This document shows, piece by piece, positions 37,257 through 45,825 of a DNA stretch of 64,000 nt. The notes under the pieces were generated by a model. It saw only the letters and a program-made list of their open reading frames with translations, did no database searches and was not told where the DNA came from. This DNA is from Verrucomicrobiales bacterium (lineage in GTDB: Bacteria > Verrucomicrobiota > Verrucomicrobiia > Verrucomicrobiales > Akkermansiaceae): the NCBI GenBank assembly GCA_038235225.1, contig JBBSUD010000002.1:16270-80269 (forward strand). The letters run 5' to 3'. Positions within the stretch are counted from its first letter, which is position 1; every line of letters begins with the position of its first letter. A program made the position numbers and the translations under genes.

Positions 37257-38167
37257 GAGGAAATTCTCCCGATGCGGCGCAGCAGGGTGCCGGTGGCGTC
37301 GAAAAGCGCGGATAGAACAAGTAGAATCAGTCCGAGAGAAAGCATGGCTCCCCAATGCAGCGGCGTGCCGAGCGCAATGTGGGTTTCGGGTCCGCCGAGC
37401 TTGCTGGTAAGTGTTTGGCCGGGCTCGATGAGCGGCCGGAGGCTGAAGAGTTTTTCGGGAAACTGATTGTCCAATCGGCCCACCACGAGGAAGACGGCGA
37501 TCGTTTCACCTAGAGCGCGGCCGGTGCCTAACAAGGCAGCGCCGGTGATGCCGGGCCATGCCTGGGGAAGCACCACATGTATTACTGTTTCCGCACGGCT
37601 CAGCGCCAGACCGCGGGCGGCGATGCGCTGCTCCTGCGGGACTCCGCGGAGTGCGTCTTCGGAGAATGTGGTGACGGTTGGGAGTATCATCACCGCGAGC
37701 AGGACGCCGGCGGTTAGAAGCATGTCGCCACTGAGTATATCGAATGCGATTAGCCGCTCGGCCATCCACTCGCGCAGGAAAATGACACCGAAAAGGCCGT
37801 AAACAACCGATGGCACGGCAGCCAAAAACTCGACGGCGGTCTTCACCGGCAACCGCAGCCGGGGAGTGAGAAATTCGGATATGAAAACCGCTGCCGCGAT
37901 GCCGACCGGTGCGGCGAGGACGAGGGCGATCACCGCGACGACGAGACTGCCATAGATCATGCCCGCGGCACCGAAGATGTTGTCCCGATAGAACCACTCG
38001 CGTCCTTTGACCAGCTCGCTACCGATCTTGGAAATCGCGGGCCACGCCTGCTGGATCCAGAGAGCGAGAACCGCGAGCAGGCCGAGGAAAAATCCGCTGG
38101 AAATCGTCCATACGCCGACAGTGACGGCATCGGGCCGCCGCCTCGCTGTCAGCTCGTGAGCGCTCAT
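37253..38167 (-). CDS. pstC: PstC-like ABC permease
   Basis: MIYGSLVVA..APVGIAAAVFISE, VEFLAAVPSVVYGLFG, AVMILPT, GRALGETIAV and TLTSKL. Confidence 0.88.
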   Translation of the reverse strand: MSAHELTARRRPDAVTVGVWTISSGFFLGLLAVLALWIQQAWPAISKIGSELVKGREWFYRDNIFGAAGMIYGSLVVAVIALVLAAPVGIAAAVFISEFLTPRLRLPVKTAVEFLAAVPSVVYGLFGVIFLREWMAERLIAFDILSGDMLLTAGVLLAVMILPTVTTFSEDALRGVPQEQRIAARGLALSRAETVIHVVLPQAWPGITGAALLGTGRALGETIAVFLVVGRLDNQFPEKLFSLRPLIEPGQTLTSKLGGPETHIALGTPLHWGAMLSLGLILLVLSALFDATGTLLRRIGRISS

Positions 38168-39021
38168 TGTTTCTTAAGATCCGCTAGAGAAAGATAGCCG
38201 TGCTTGTGAACCAGCTTCTGACCTTCCGGGCCTAGCAGGAAATCGATCAGTGCCTTGGCATGACCGGCTGGCTCGCCATTGGTGATGACCCATAGCGAAC
38301 GGCTCAGCGGATAGTCACCCGCGAAGATATGTGCTGCGGTCGGTTCTACGATTTTGTCGTCATCAAGTTCCACGGATAGGGCGAAAACCTTGATTCCATC
38401 GACCCACGCGGCGGACAGTTGGGAAAGCGCGCCGCGGCTGCCGGCCACCTTGTTGCGCGCTTCCTCATTCGCTCCGACTTCTGGGTGCGCGACGGACGGC
38501 GCTTTGTCGGCCTTGCCGTAGAGCCAGTTCGCGAAGACCTCCCAAGTGCCGCGTCCCGGCTCCTTGTTGAAAAATGCGATCCTGCGGTCGGGGCCGCCGA
38601 TCTGCTTCCAGTTGGTTACTTTTTTCTCGTAGATCCGTTGCATGGTTTTGCGGGAAATCGATTTCACCCCGCCATCCCAGACATCTTTGGAAACGATCAT
38701 TGCCACCGCGTCCTCGCCGATTTTCACCGGTGTGAAAACGATGTTCGGATACTTCATATGGTCGGCTTCATTGAGCGGGCGGGATGACATGGCCATATCC
38801 ACCCGGCCGTCGCCGAGTGCGGAAATCCCGCCGGAACTGCCGCCTTGGGTATCCACTTGGATGGTGATGTTCTTTTCCTTTTTAAGGATTTCCGCAGCTT
38901 CGGAAACCACGGGATTCACCGTGGTCGATCCATTGACGCGAACGATGTCTTGTGCGGAGACAAACGTACTCGCTGTGGCGAAAGCGAATGCGAGTAAAGG
39001 GAGGGATTGCATGAATTTCAT
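38164..39021 (-). CDS. pstS: PstS-like periplasmic oxyanion-binding protein
   Basis: Signal peptide; GSTTV, GGSSGGI, MSSRPL, IGEDAVA, IYEKKVTNWKQIGGPD and DYPLSRSLW. Confidence 0.85.
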   Translation of the reverse strand: MKFMQSLPLLAFAFATASTFVSAQDIVRVNGSTTVNPVVSEAAEILKKEKNITIQVDTQGGSSGGISALGDGRVDMAMSSRPLNEADHMKYPNIVFTPVKIGEDAVAMIVSKDVWDGGVKSISRKTMQRIYEKKVTNWKQIGGPDRRIAFFNKEPGRGTWEVFANWLYGKADKAPSVAHPEVGANEEARNKVAGSRGALSQLSAAWVDGIKVFALSVELDDDKIVEPTAAHIFAGDYPLSRSLWVITNGEPAGHAKALIDFLLGPEGQKLVHKHGYLSLADLKKQ

Positions 39022-39040
39022 CAGTTGAATCGAGTTGATC

Positions 39041-40204
39041 TCAGCAGCAGCCGCCGGCGTCGCAGCAGTTCGATGCGGCGGTGGTGACATGATAATCGCG
39101 GCCCTTGGTTTCCTGCGGGTGGCGGACAGCGGTGCGGTTGCAATCGAAGGGCGCCGCGTCTGCCAGCGGTATGTCTGTTAGCGGATCGATGAAAGAGAAG
39201 TAGCCGGAATACGGCGCTTTTTTGTATAAGTTGTATGTCTTGTCGCAGACCGCATAGCGCTTGCCGCGCTCCATGGCGTGGCCGTCGTCAACGAGGACTT
39301 TCAGGAAAGGGCCGTTGTAAATGACCGCCTGATTCCGCTCGAAGCACGGACCTTGTTTTCCTTTCCACGCTTGGATCGTGACTGAGCGGAACTCGATCCC
39401 TTCGACCGTTTGCCATGGCGTTTCGTCGCGCTTCAGGATTTCGATTCCATGAAATCCCGCATCTGCAAACGCTTTGAGAAACCCTTCCTCGGTATAGGCG
39501 CCGCTGATGCAGCCGCTCCAGAGATGGGGATCGTCCTGGAGATGGCTCGGGATTTCCTCGTCGGATACGATGTCGGAAATCACCGCCCGGCCGCCAACTT
39601 TCAGGACGCGGAAGATCTCCTCGAAAAGCTGACGCTTCAGGTGGTTCTCCACGAGATTGAGCACGCAGTTAGAGACTACGGCGTCGATGCTGTCGCTGGC
39701 GACGAGCGGGTGCTTCACGCGGAGATCGGCGGCGAGCGCGTCGGCCGCGAGATAGGAATTCGCGCTGGAAATCGGATTCCGGGCGAGTTCGCGGTCGAGA
39801 ATTTCCAAGTCGAGCGCGAGATCTTGGATGCGGCCCTTGCGGAACTCGACATTCGCGTGGCCGATATTTTCCGCGACGATCGGCGCATTCCGGCGGGCGA
39901 CTTCCAGCATGTCGTCGGTCATGTCCACGCCGATGACGCGGCCGGTCGGGCCGACGACCTGGGACGCGATGAAGCAGATTTTCCCGGTCCCCGAGCCGAG
40001 ATCGAGCACGGTCTCGCCGGGATGCAGGTGCTTCGACGGGTCGCCGCAGCCGTAGTCCTTTTCGATGACCTCGGCCGGAATGGCCTTGAGAAACTGCGGA
40101 TCGTAATCGACCGGGCAGCACAAAGCGGCCTCGGGGGCGTGGGCGGCGGCGGCGTAGCGATCGCGGGTGGCGGCTTCGGACGAGGTGCTGGCTGGGGCGA
40201 TCAT
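39041..40204 (-). CDS. arsM: Arsenite S-adenosylmethionine methyltransferase (ArsM)
   Basis: LCCP, YGCGDP, VLDLGSGTG, VIGVDMT, VSNCVLNL and WSGCISGA, i.e. the four conserved ArsM Cys positions. Ends in CCDAGGCC. Confidence 0.9.
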   Translation of the reverse strand: MIAPASTSSEAATRDRYAAAAHAPEAALCCPVDYDPQFLKAIPAEVIEKDYGCGDPSKHLHPGETVLDLGSGTGKICFIASQVVGPTGRVIGVDMTDDMLEVARRNAPIVAENIGHANVEFRKGRIQDLALDLEILDRELARNPISSANSYLAADALAADLRVKHPLVASDSIDAVVSNCVLNLVENHLKRQLFEEIFRVLKVGGRAVISDIVSDEEIPSHLQDDPHLWSGCISGAYTEEGFLKAFADAGFHGIEILKRDETPWQTVEGIEFRSVTIQAWKGKQGPCFERNQAVIYNGPFLKVLVDDGHAMERGKRYAVCDKTYNLYKKAPYSGYFSFIDPLTDIPLADAAPFDCNRTAVRHPQETKGRDYHVTTAASNCCDAGGCC

Positions 40205-40466
40205 GGTTGTGGGAAAATCTGGCCGGGATGCTGGCTTGGGCATCGGTTCGCTTGGGATAACGAAATCTCCAGATATAACGGATTTGCGTGCGCAAAAATC
40301 GGATTGCTCGCTGGAGGATCGCCATGCGTCCCGGTCGGCAGGAAATCTGAGAGCACGCGAACGCCCGCTCTATTCCTCGAAGATCCGGTTTGCCGCTTGT
40401 CGGCGGGATTTGTCCGGAGACTCCGCCGGGCGTGGACACGCGGATACCGGTGTGGAATCGTGGAAG

Positions 40467-41570
40467 ATGCCTGACACGAAAAGCCGGATCGATCTCGGCT
40501 GGGTCATCTGCCAAGGCGACCGCGATCCGGGCAATCAGACGCGCGAGATGGTCACGCGGACCTCCGCGGTTTTTCTGGAGGAAATGAACCGCGAATTTTC
40601 CCGCTACGACTGGCGCGGGAAGGTCACCTGGCGGCGAACGCCGGGGCGCGGCGGGCAGGCCGATCCGCTGGAGCTGCTTGAGATCGGCGTCCGGGAGAAG
40701 GTGAGGAATGGCTGGGACTTCGCGATGGTCGCCACCGGCGCGGAACTGCTTGGCAGGCGCTTGGTCGAGCTGGAGGCAGCGCCCTCGTCCGCGCTCGAAT
40801 GCGGCGTTTTCTCGGTCTGGAGACCCGGCGACGAGGAAATGGCGGACGCGCGGGTCTTGGAAATCCTCCGCTACCTGCTCGGCAGCATGCTCGGACTCGA
40901 GCGTGGCGTGAACGACGGCCCTTTCACCGAATCCGAGCGGGAGCTGGTTCGCGGCCGGCTGGAAGACATCGGCGACGAGCGGCTGGAGGAGAGGCGGAAC
41001 AATTGGAATGTCATCGATTTCTACCTGCGAACCTTGCTGGCCGACGCCCGCGGCCTCTTCGGCGACGTGCTGGGCTATCATCCGTGGTGGCAGCCCTTCC
41101 GCTTCGGCCGGCTTACCGCTGCGGCGTTCGTCACCTCGCTGCTGTCTTTCTTGGGCGCGGAAGTATGGGAACTCGGCGTGGGCGCCTCGCCGGCGCTGCT
41201 CGCGGCCGGCGCGTTTTTCTCCGTCCTCGGTGCGATGTGGTATCTCTACCGCGGGCAAAACCTGGCCGAACTGACCGGCGGCATCGCCCTCAACGAGCAG
41301 GTCGCCCGTAGCAAACTGGTGATGATTTTCTGTCTCTGGATTGGCATGGCCTCGCTGTGGCTATTGCTTTTCGCGAGCTGCTGGTGCCTCGCAGGCATCC
41401 TTCCGCGCGAGGTCGTCCAAGGCTGGGCCGGCGAGACTCTCGACCTATTCGCCCGCGCCCGCTTCGCCGCTTTTGTCTCGACGCTCGGCACCCTCGCCGG
41501 CGCTCTCGGGGGAAATCTGGAGGACGAAGGCAGCTTCAAGGCGCACTTCTTTTTCGATGACGAAGTCTAG
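40467..41570 (+). CDS. Hypothetical membrane protein (about 4 C-terminal TM segments)
   Basis: 367-aa ORF with typical codon usage and hydrophobic C-terminal helices. Confidence 0.7.
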   Translation: MPDTKSRIDLGWVICQGDRDPGNQTREMVTRTSAVFLEEMNREFSRYDWRGKVTWRRTPGRGGQADPLELLEIGVREKVRNGWDFAMVATGAELLGRRLVELEAAPSSALECGVFSVWRPGDEEMADARVLEILRYLLGSMLGLERGVNDGPFTESERELVRGRLEDIGDERLEERRNNWNVIDFYLRTLLADARGLFGDVLGYHPWWQPFRFGRLTAAAFVTSLLSFLGAEVWELGVGASPALLAAGAFFSVLGAMWYLYRGQNLAELTGGIALNEQVARSKLVMIFCLWIGMASLWLLLFASCWCLAGILPREVVQGWAGETLDLFARARFAAFVSTLGTLAGALGGNLEDEGSFKAHFFFDDEV

Positions 41571-41810
41571 CAAGCCGTCCGGGCGGGGGTCGGGCATCAA
41601 TCCACCGGGAGCCAGCCTCCCTCGAAATTCCGTGCAATCCTGGTTTTTCCGGCCTTCGAAAGGCATCGACGGAAATGTCCGCGGAGGCTCGAATCGCCCT
41701 TTCTATCGAGCTGTTCGCTCGGGTAGATTGCCGCGGCCGCAGCCCCCCGCCGCCATGATACCGACCGGCGCGCGGCCGGACGGCTCCCGTAAGTTTTCAT
41801 TTTCCGGTTC

Positions 41811-43040
41811 ATGAGTTCCTTCCACGATCAGCTTTATTCCGAGATCGATGCCGCCCGGAAACTGGTTGCTGGATTTGCCAGCCGTCACGGACGGAAACCG
41901 GCTGGCACGCCTCAAGTGCCTGGCGAACCGAACCGCCAGGCCCAAGAGGAATCGGCATCGGCTGAAATCGCGGCGCTCGCGGCGGAAGAGGAACTCTTCA
42001 CGATCCAAGCCCGGGAGCGGGCGGAAAACCGCGCGAAGGCCCGGGCGGAAAAGAACGCCGGGGCCGGCGGAGCGCAAAATGCCAGCGCGGTCCCGGGACC
42101 GGCGGGGTCGCGCTGGAAAGCGGCGGCCATCTTGAAAGGCCTGGCGAAACTCCGTATCAAAGAGCGGTCCGCCGCCGAGGATTTGATTCGCCAGGCGCAC
42201 GAGGTCGGCAACGACGACCTGCTGCATGCCGCGGATTACCGCCCGGAGCAAGCCGCCGCCCCGGTCCGGGGGATGTGGGTCCCTTCACTCGGAGCGGCCC
42301 AAGTCTGGTACTTCACGTCCCAAGGAACGCGCTGCGGGCCGGTGAGCTTCACGGAGCTCCGGAAGATGGCCTCCAGCCGGGTGCTGGACCCGCGGATCGA
42401 CATGGTCTGGAAAGAGGGAATGGAAGGATGGAAACAGGCGGGCCTCCTCGACGGCCTGTTCGAGCGGAGGAGTATTCCAGCCGATTCCCCGGCCAGGCGT
42501 GGGGGGAGAAAACTCAGGACGTTCGCCGCATTGCCGACGGACCTTACCGCCGCGCTGGCTTCGAAGTACCTGAGCTGGCCCGGTGCCGGTCGCGGGCTTC
42601 TTTGGTTCGGCCTGCTGCTGTTCCCGCCGCTGTGGAGCCAGCTACTTGGGTGGGGCGGTCCCGCCTTGGTCGCCGCATTGGGCAGCTCGGCGGTAGCCAA
42701 GCTCCTGCCGATCGCAGCCTTTGTGCCTGCCGCGGTCTTGATTTATCTGGTCCTCATGCGGCTCGTAAATTTGGGGATGAGCCGCTGGTGGGCGGTGATG
42801 CTGGCGATTCCCGTAGTGAACTTGTGGGTCGGGTTCCGCTGCCTGATCTGCCCGTCCGGCTATGGCTATCACCGCAAAATGGACCGGACCGGAATCGTGA
42901 TCGTCCTTGCGATCGTGATCATGGCACCGGGGGTTTGGTTTCTCCACCGGAAGCACCCGAATCTGCTCTCTCCCGCGCGCCTCCGGACCACTCTGCATCG
43001 CCTGATCGAACGAGAAAGATCGGCGACTCCCGACCGGTGA
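41811..43040 (+). CDS. GYF_2 (DUF4339) plus DUF805-like membrane protein
   Basis: WYFTSQGTRCGPVSFTEL...MVWKEGMEGWKQAG (GYF_2) and MRLVNLGMSRWW..LAIPVVNLWV..CLICP.GY. Confidence 0.75.
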   Translation: MSSFHDQLYSEIDAARKLVAGFASRHGRKPAGTPQVPGEPNRQAQEESASAEIAALAAEEELFTIQARERAENRAKARAEKNAGAGGAQNASAVPGPAGSRWKAAAILKGLAKLRIKERSAAEDLIRQAHEVGNDDLLHAADYRPEQAAAPVRGMWVPSLGAAQVWYFTSQGTRCGPVSFTELRKMASSRVLDPRIDMVWKEGMEGWKQAGLLDGLFERRSIPADSPARRGGRKLRTFAALPTDLTAALASKYLSWPGAGRGLLWFGLLLFPPLWSQLLGWGGPALVAALGSSAVAKLLPIAAFVPAAVLIYLVLMRLVNLGMSRWWAVMLAIPVVNLWVGFRCLICPSGYGYHRKMDRTGIVIVLAIVIMAPGVWFLHRKHPNLLSPARLRTTLHRLIERERSATPDR

Positions 43041-43091
43041 GGCGGACGAATCGAGGGGGCCAGCCGCTCCCGATGGGGGCAATCGGCCGGT

Positions 43092-43523
43092 TCAGCGGGC
43101 CTCCGAAGCAGGCCCGCCGCCCTGCATTTTCGCGATGGCGGCGGCGATCCCTTCCTCGCGGCCAGCCTCCGTGCGGATGAAGATTTCCTGCAATCCCTTG
43201 GCCGACTGCGTCACGCCTTTCAGCCCGCCCGGCACCTTGCGCTGGATCCTCACGGCACCGGTCGCGCAATCCGTGCCGAGCGATTTCCCCCCGTACGAGC
43301 GCCCGATTATCACCGCCGCCACGCCGTCCAGAGCCTCGATGCCGCGCATGGTGCGGTGGCATTCCTTCGAGGTGGTCCGGTGGCGTCCGCGGGAAGGCAT
43401 GGCGGCGTGCAGATTTCGGCCGAGGTCGGCCGCCGTCCACTCCTTAACGCCGGTTTCGTGCAATTCGCCCTTGAAAGGGATGGCGGCAGCGGCGGGAAAT
43501 CCTTGGGAATCCAAGCAAGGCAT
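43092..43523 (-). CDS. Putative DUF2103-like small protein
   Basis: GRHRT...AVIIGRSYG...VRIQRKVPGGLKGVTQSAKGLQEIFIRT resembles DUF2103; start uncertain. Confidence 0.45.
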   Translation of the reverse strand: MPCLDSQGFPAAAAIPFKGELHETGVKEWTAADLGRNLHAAMPSRGRHRTTSKECHRTMRGIEALDGVAAVIIGRSYGGKSLGTDCATGAVRIQRKVPGGLKGVTQSAKGLQEIFIRTEAGREEGIAAAIAKMQGGGPASEAR

Positions 43524-43579
43524 TGGAAAAATAGGTGGTTTGCCGAGGCAGGCACGGCATTTGCGAAAGATCGCGGACC

Positions 43580-44359
43580 ATGAAACTCAAGCGCACACTC
43601 ATCCTTCCCGCCCTATTCCTCCTCCCATCGATCGGCATGGCGGACATCACCGCACCCCGGCCCGCGCCGGATATCTCCCCGCCGATCGTCGAAACCACCG
43701 TCACGGAAACGAACCGTCCGGCTGTGGTGGAAACCACCGTCACGGAGACGAATCGCCCGCCCGTCGTCGAAACCACGATCACGGAAACGAACGGTAATCC
43801 TAATGCCGCTATCGCCGCCGCGCGGCTCGATGCGGCGCTTGCCCGCCAGCAGCTAGGAACCGCGCCGCGCGCATTGCCACCCGGCGTCCAGCCCGGCGAC
43901 GTGGTCCAAACGACCGAGACGACGACGACCGTCGAAACGCCCGGTCAGCCGGACCGCGTCTATAACTCCCAGCGCAATGTCGTCATCACCGGCGGCCGCG
44001 AGCTTTCTTACCTCACGGTGCCGGTTCTGTTCGTCGAGGGCACCGCCGATTTGCTCGATGCGGCCTCCCGCATCGCGCTGGAAGACACCGCCGCCGCGAT
44101 CAAGGAAATCGTCGTAAAAGATCCGACCGCACTCTTCGACGTGGAGGGTCACACCAGCACCGATGGCTCGGACGAAATGAATATGCGCTTGTCCGCGGAC
44201 CGCGCCCGCCGCGTCTATGACGAGCTGACAACCCGCTACGGCGTGCCGGTTGCCGCGCTCAGCGCCCACGGCTATGGCGAGAATTACCCCAATTTCCCCG
44301 ACGGAACCGAGTCCCAGATGGTTCTCGATCGCCGCGTCTTGGTCGTTCGCGCCAAGTGA
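43580..44359 (+). CDS. OmpA-family protein with Thr-rich tandem repeats
   Basis: Signal peptide; VLFVEGTADL, VEGHTSTDGSDEMNMRLSADRA, AHGYGE and DRRV. Confidence 0.88.
   Translation: MKLKRTLILPALFLLPSIGMADITAPRPAPDISPPIVETTVTETNRPAVVETTVTETNRPPVVETTITETNGNPNAAIAAARLDAALARQQLGTAPRALPPGVQPGDVVQTTETTTTVETPGQPDRVYNSQRNVVITGGRELSYLTVPVLFVEGTADLLDAASRIALEDTAAAIKEIVVKDPTALFDVEGHTSTDGSDEMNMRLSADRARRVYDELTTRYGVPVAALSAHGYGENYPNFPDGTESQMVLDRRVLVVRAK
43682..43792 (+). repeat. Three imperfect 39-bp tandem repeats (P.VVETTVTETNR)
   Basis: PPIVETTVTETNR / PAVVETTVTETNR / PPVVETTITETN. Confidence 0.85.
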
Positions 44360-44364
44360 GCTTG

Positions 44365-44399
44365 GTAGTGAGTGCCGCGCCGCGGACTTGCGGCGCGGC
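44365..44399 (+). repeat. GTAG-preceded perfect 10-bp hairpin (REP-like or terminator)
   Basis: GTAG at 44365 and stem GCCGCGCCGC/GCGGCGCGGC with a GGACTT loop, just after the OmpA stop; no T-tract. Confidence 0.4.
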
Positions 44400-44486
44400 C
44401 TGAGATTGGTAGGAATCCGGCTCTTCCTGGCTCTGGATTCCCCAGCGGGTCCGCCGCTCCGGTAGTGGGAAGGTGGATTTCGACTT

Positions 44487-45707
44487 ATGAAATGGTCCTC
44501 TTTCGCAATCTGGTCCGCTCTCGCCGGCGTCGGCGTCGCTCAGGACGATTGGGAGCAGCGGCCATTTCGCTACTCGGAGACAATCCCCGCCGACCCCGGC
44601 GCCAAGCTGGGCGAGGGACTGGAGGGAAAATCGCCGCTCGAGCGGGTGCGCACGGTGTTGGAGCGGCTGGATATTCCCGAATCCTCCCAGATCCTCGTCT
44701 TCTCGAAAACCAGCAAGCAGAATGACTTGATCGGTCCGGCCAATCCGCGAGCGCTCTACTTTTCAGAGAATGCCTATGCCGCTTTCGTCCCCGGCGGGCA
44801 GATGGAAATCGTCACCCCGGACGCGTCGCTCGGACCTATTTTCCGGACGATTCATTTATACGACGCGGCTCCGGTGGCGGTTCGCGAAACCGGCGAGTGC
44901 CTCGTCTGCCACGGCACCGCCCGTACCGCCGGCGTTCCCGGTGTCTTGATGCGCTCGATTTTCCCGGATGACTCCGGGCTGCCGCTCCTCGCGCACGGCG
45001 GCTTCGCGGTGGACAGCACCACGCCGATTTCCCAGCGCTGGGGGGGCTTCTACGTCACCGGCACCAGCTCGCTGCCGCATTTGGGAAATCGCTTCTACCG
45101 GGCGGACGAGAGCCCACCGGATTTCACCTCCCCGCTGAACTTGAAATCCCTTGTCGGCCGGGTCGATACCTCCAAATACCCGCGCGCCACCAGCGACATT
45201 GTGGCCTTGCTGGTGCTTGAGCATCAATGCCAGGTGAACAACCTCATCACCGCCGCCGCCTATCGATACCGCCGCGCCACGTGGTTGGCCAAGACGCTCG
45301 ATCCGGCTGCGGATCCCGACCGCGGCACCGCCGGCCGCATCGCCGATGACCAAGCGGAGGAGCTCGTGGCGGCGCTGCTTTTCAAAGATGCCGCCCCGCT
45401 CGGAGACGGCGTCGAAGGCGACCGATCGTTCCAAGACGATTTCGAAAAGCGCTTCCCCAAAACGGCAGCCGGACGCTCGCTCGGCCGCTTCCAACTCGGC
45501 GGCAAGCTCTTCAAATACCGCTGCTCCTACATGATTTACTCTCACGCCTTCGAGGCCCTGCCGCCGCGCGTGAAATCCGCCACCATCGCCCGCCTGCGTG
45601 AAATCCTCGAAGGCCCGCAGAAAATATCCGGCTACGATTACTTGGGGAAATCCGAAAAGCGCCGCATCGTGGAAATTCTCAAGGAAACCTGGCCACCTTA
45701 TCGTTGA
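44487..45707 (+). CDS. Hypothetical secreted protein with one CxxCH (possible c-type heme) motif
   Basis: Signal peptide; CLVCHG, FSKTSKQ..I.P.NPRALYF and RWGGFYVTG. Confidence 0.75.
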   Translation: MKWSSFAIWSALAGVGVAQDDWEQRPFRYSETIPADPGAKLGEGLEGKSPLERVRTVLERLDIPESSQILVFSKTSKQNDLIGPANPRALYFSENAYAAFVPGGQMEIVTPDASLGPIFRTIHLYDAAPVAVRETGECLVCHGTARTAGVPGVLMRSIFPDDSGLPLLAHGGFAVDSTTPISQRWGGFYVTGTSSLPHLGNRFYRADESPPDFTSPLNLKSLVGRVDTSKYPRATSDIVALLVLEHQCQVNNLITAAAYRYRRATWLAKTLDPAADPDRGTAGRIADDQAEELVAALLFKDAAPLGDGVEGDRSFQDDFEKRFPKTAAGRSLGRFQLGGKLFKYRCSYMIYSHAFEALPPRVKSATIARLREILEGPQKISGYDYLGKSEKRRIVEILKETWPPYR

Positions 45708-45825
45708 ACCTCAACGAGTGGTGGCGTCCCGCTGCCAAGGTCACGCGCAGCCTGCGTCTTCTGGATTTCGAAAATTTTCCAGAGCGGTTTGAGGGGCTTG
45801 GCGAATGCAATCCGCCGCGACGGGC

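Noticed and set aside
40205-40470. Pho box upstream of the pst-containing operon
   Set aside because: No CTGTCAT-like 11-bp-period repeat is visible on either strand.
43682-43792. 39-bp repeats as a mini-CRISPR
   Set aside because: The repeats are contiguous, in frame within a CDS, vary at synonymous sites, and have no spacers or cas genes.
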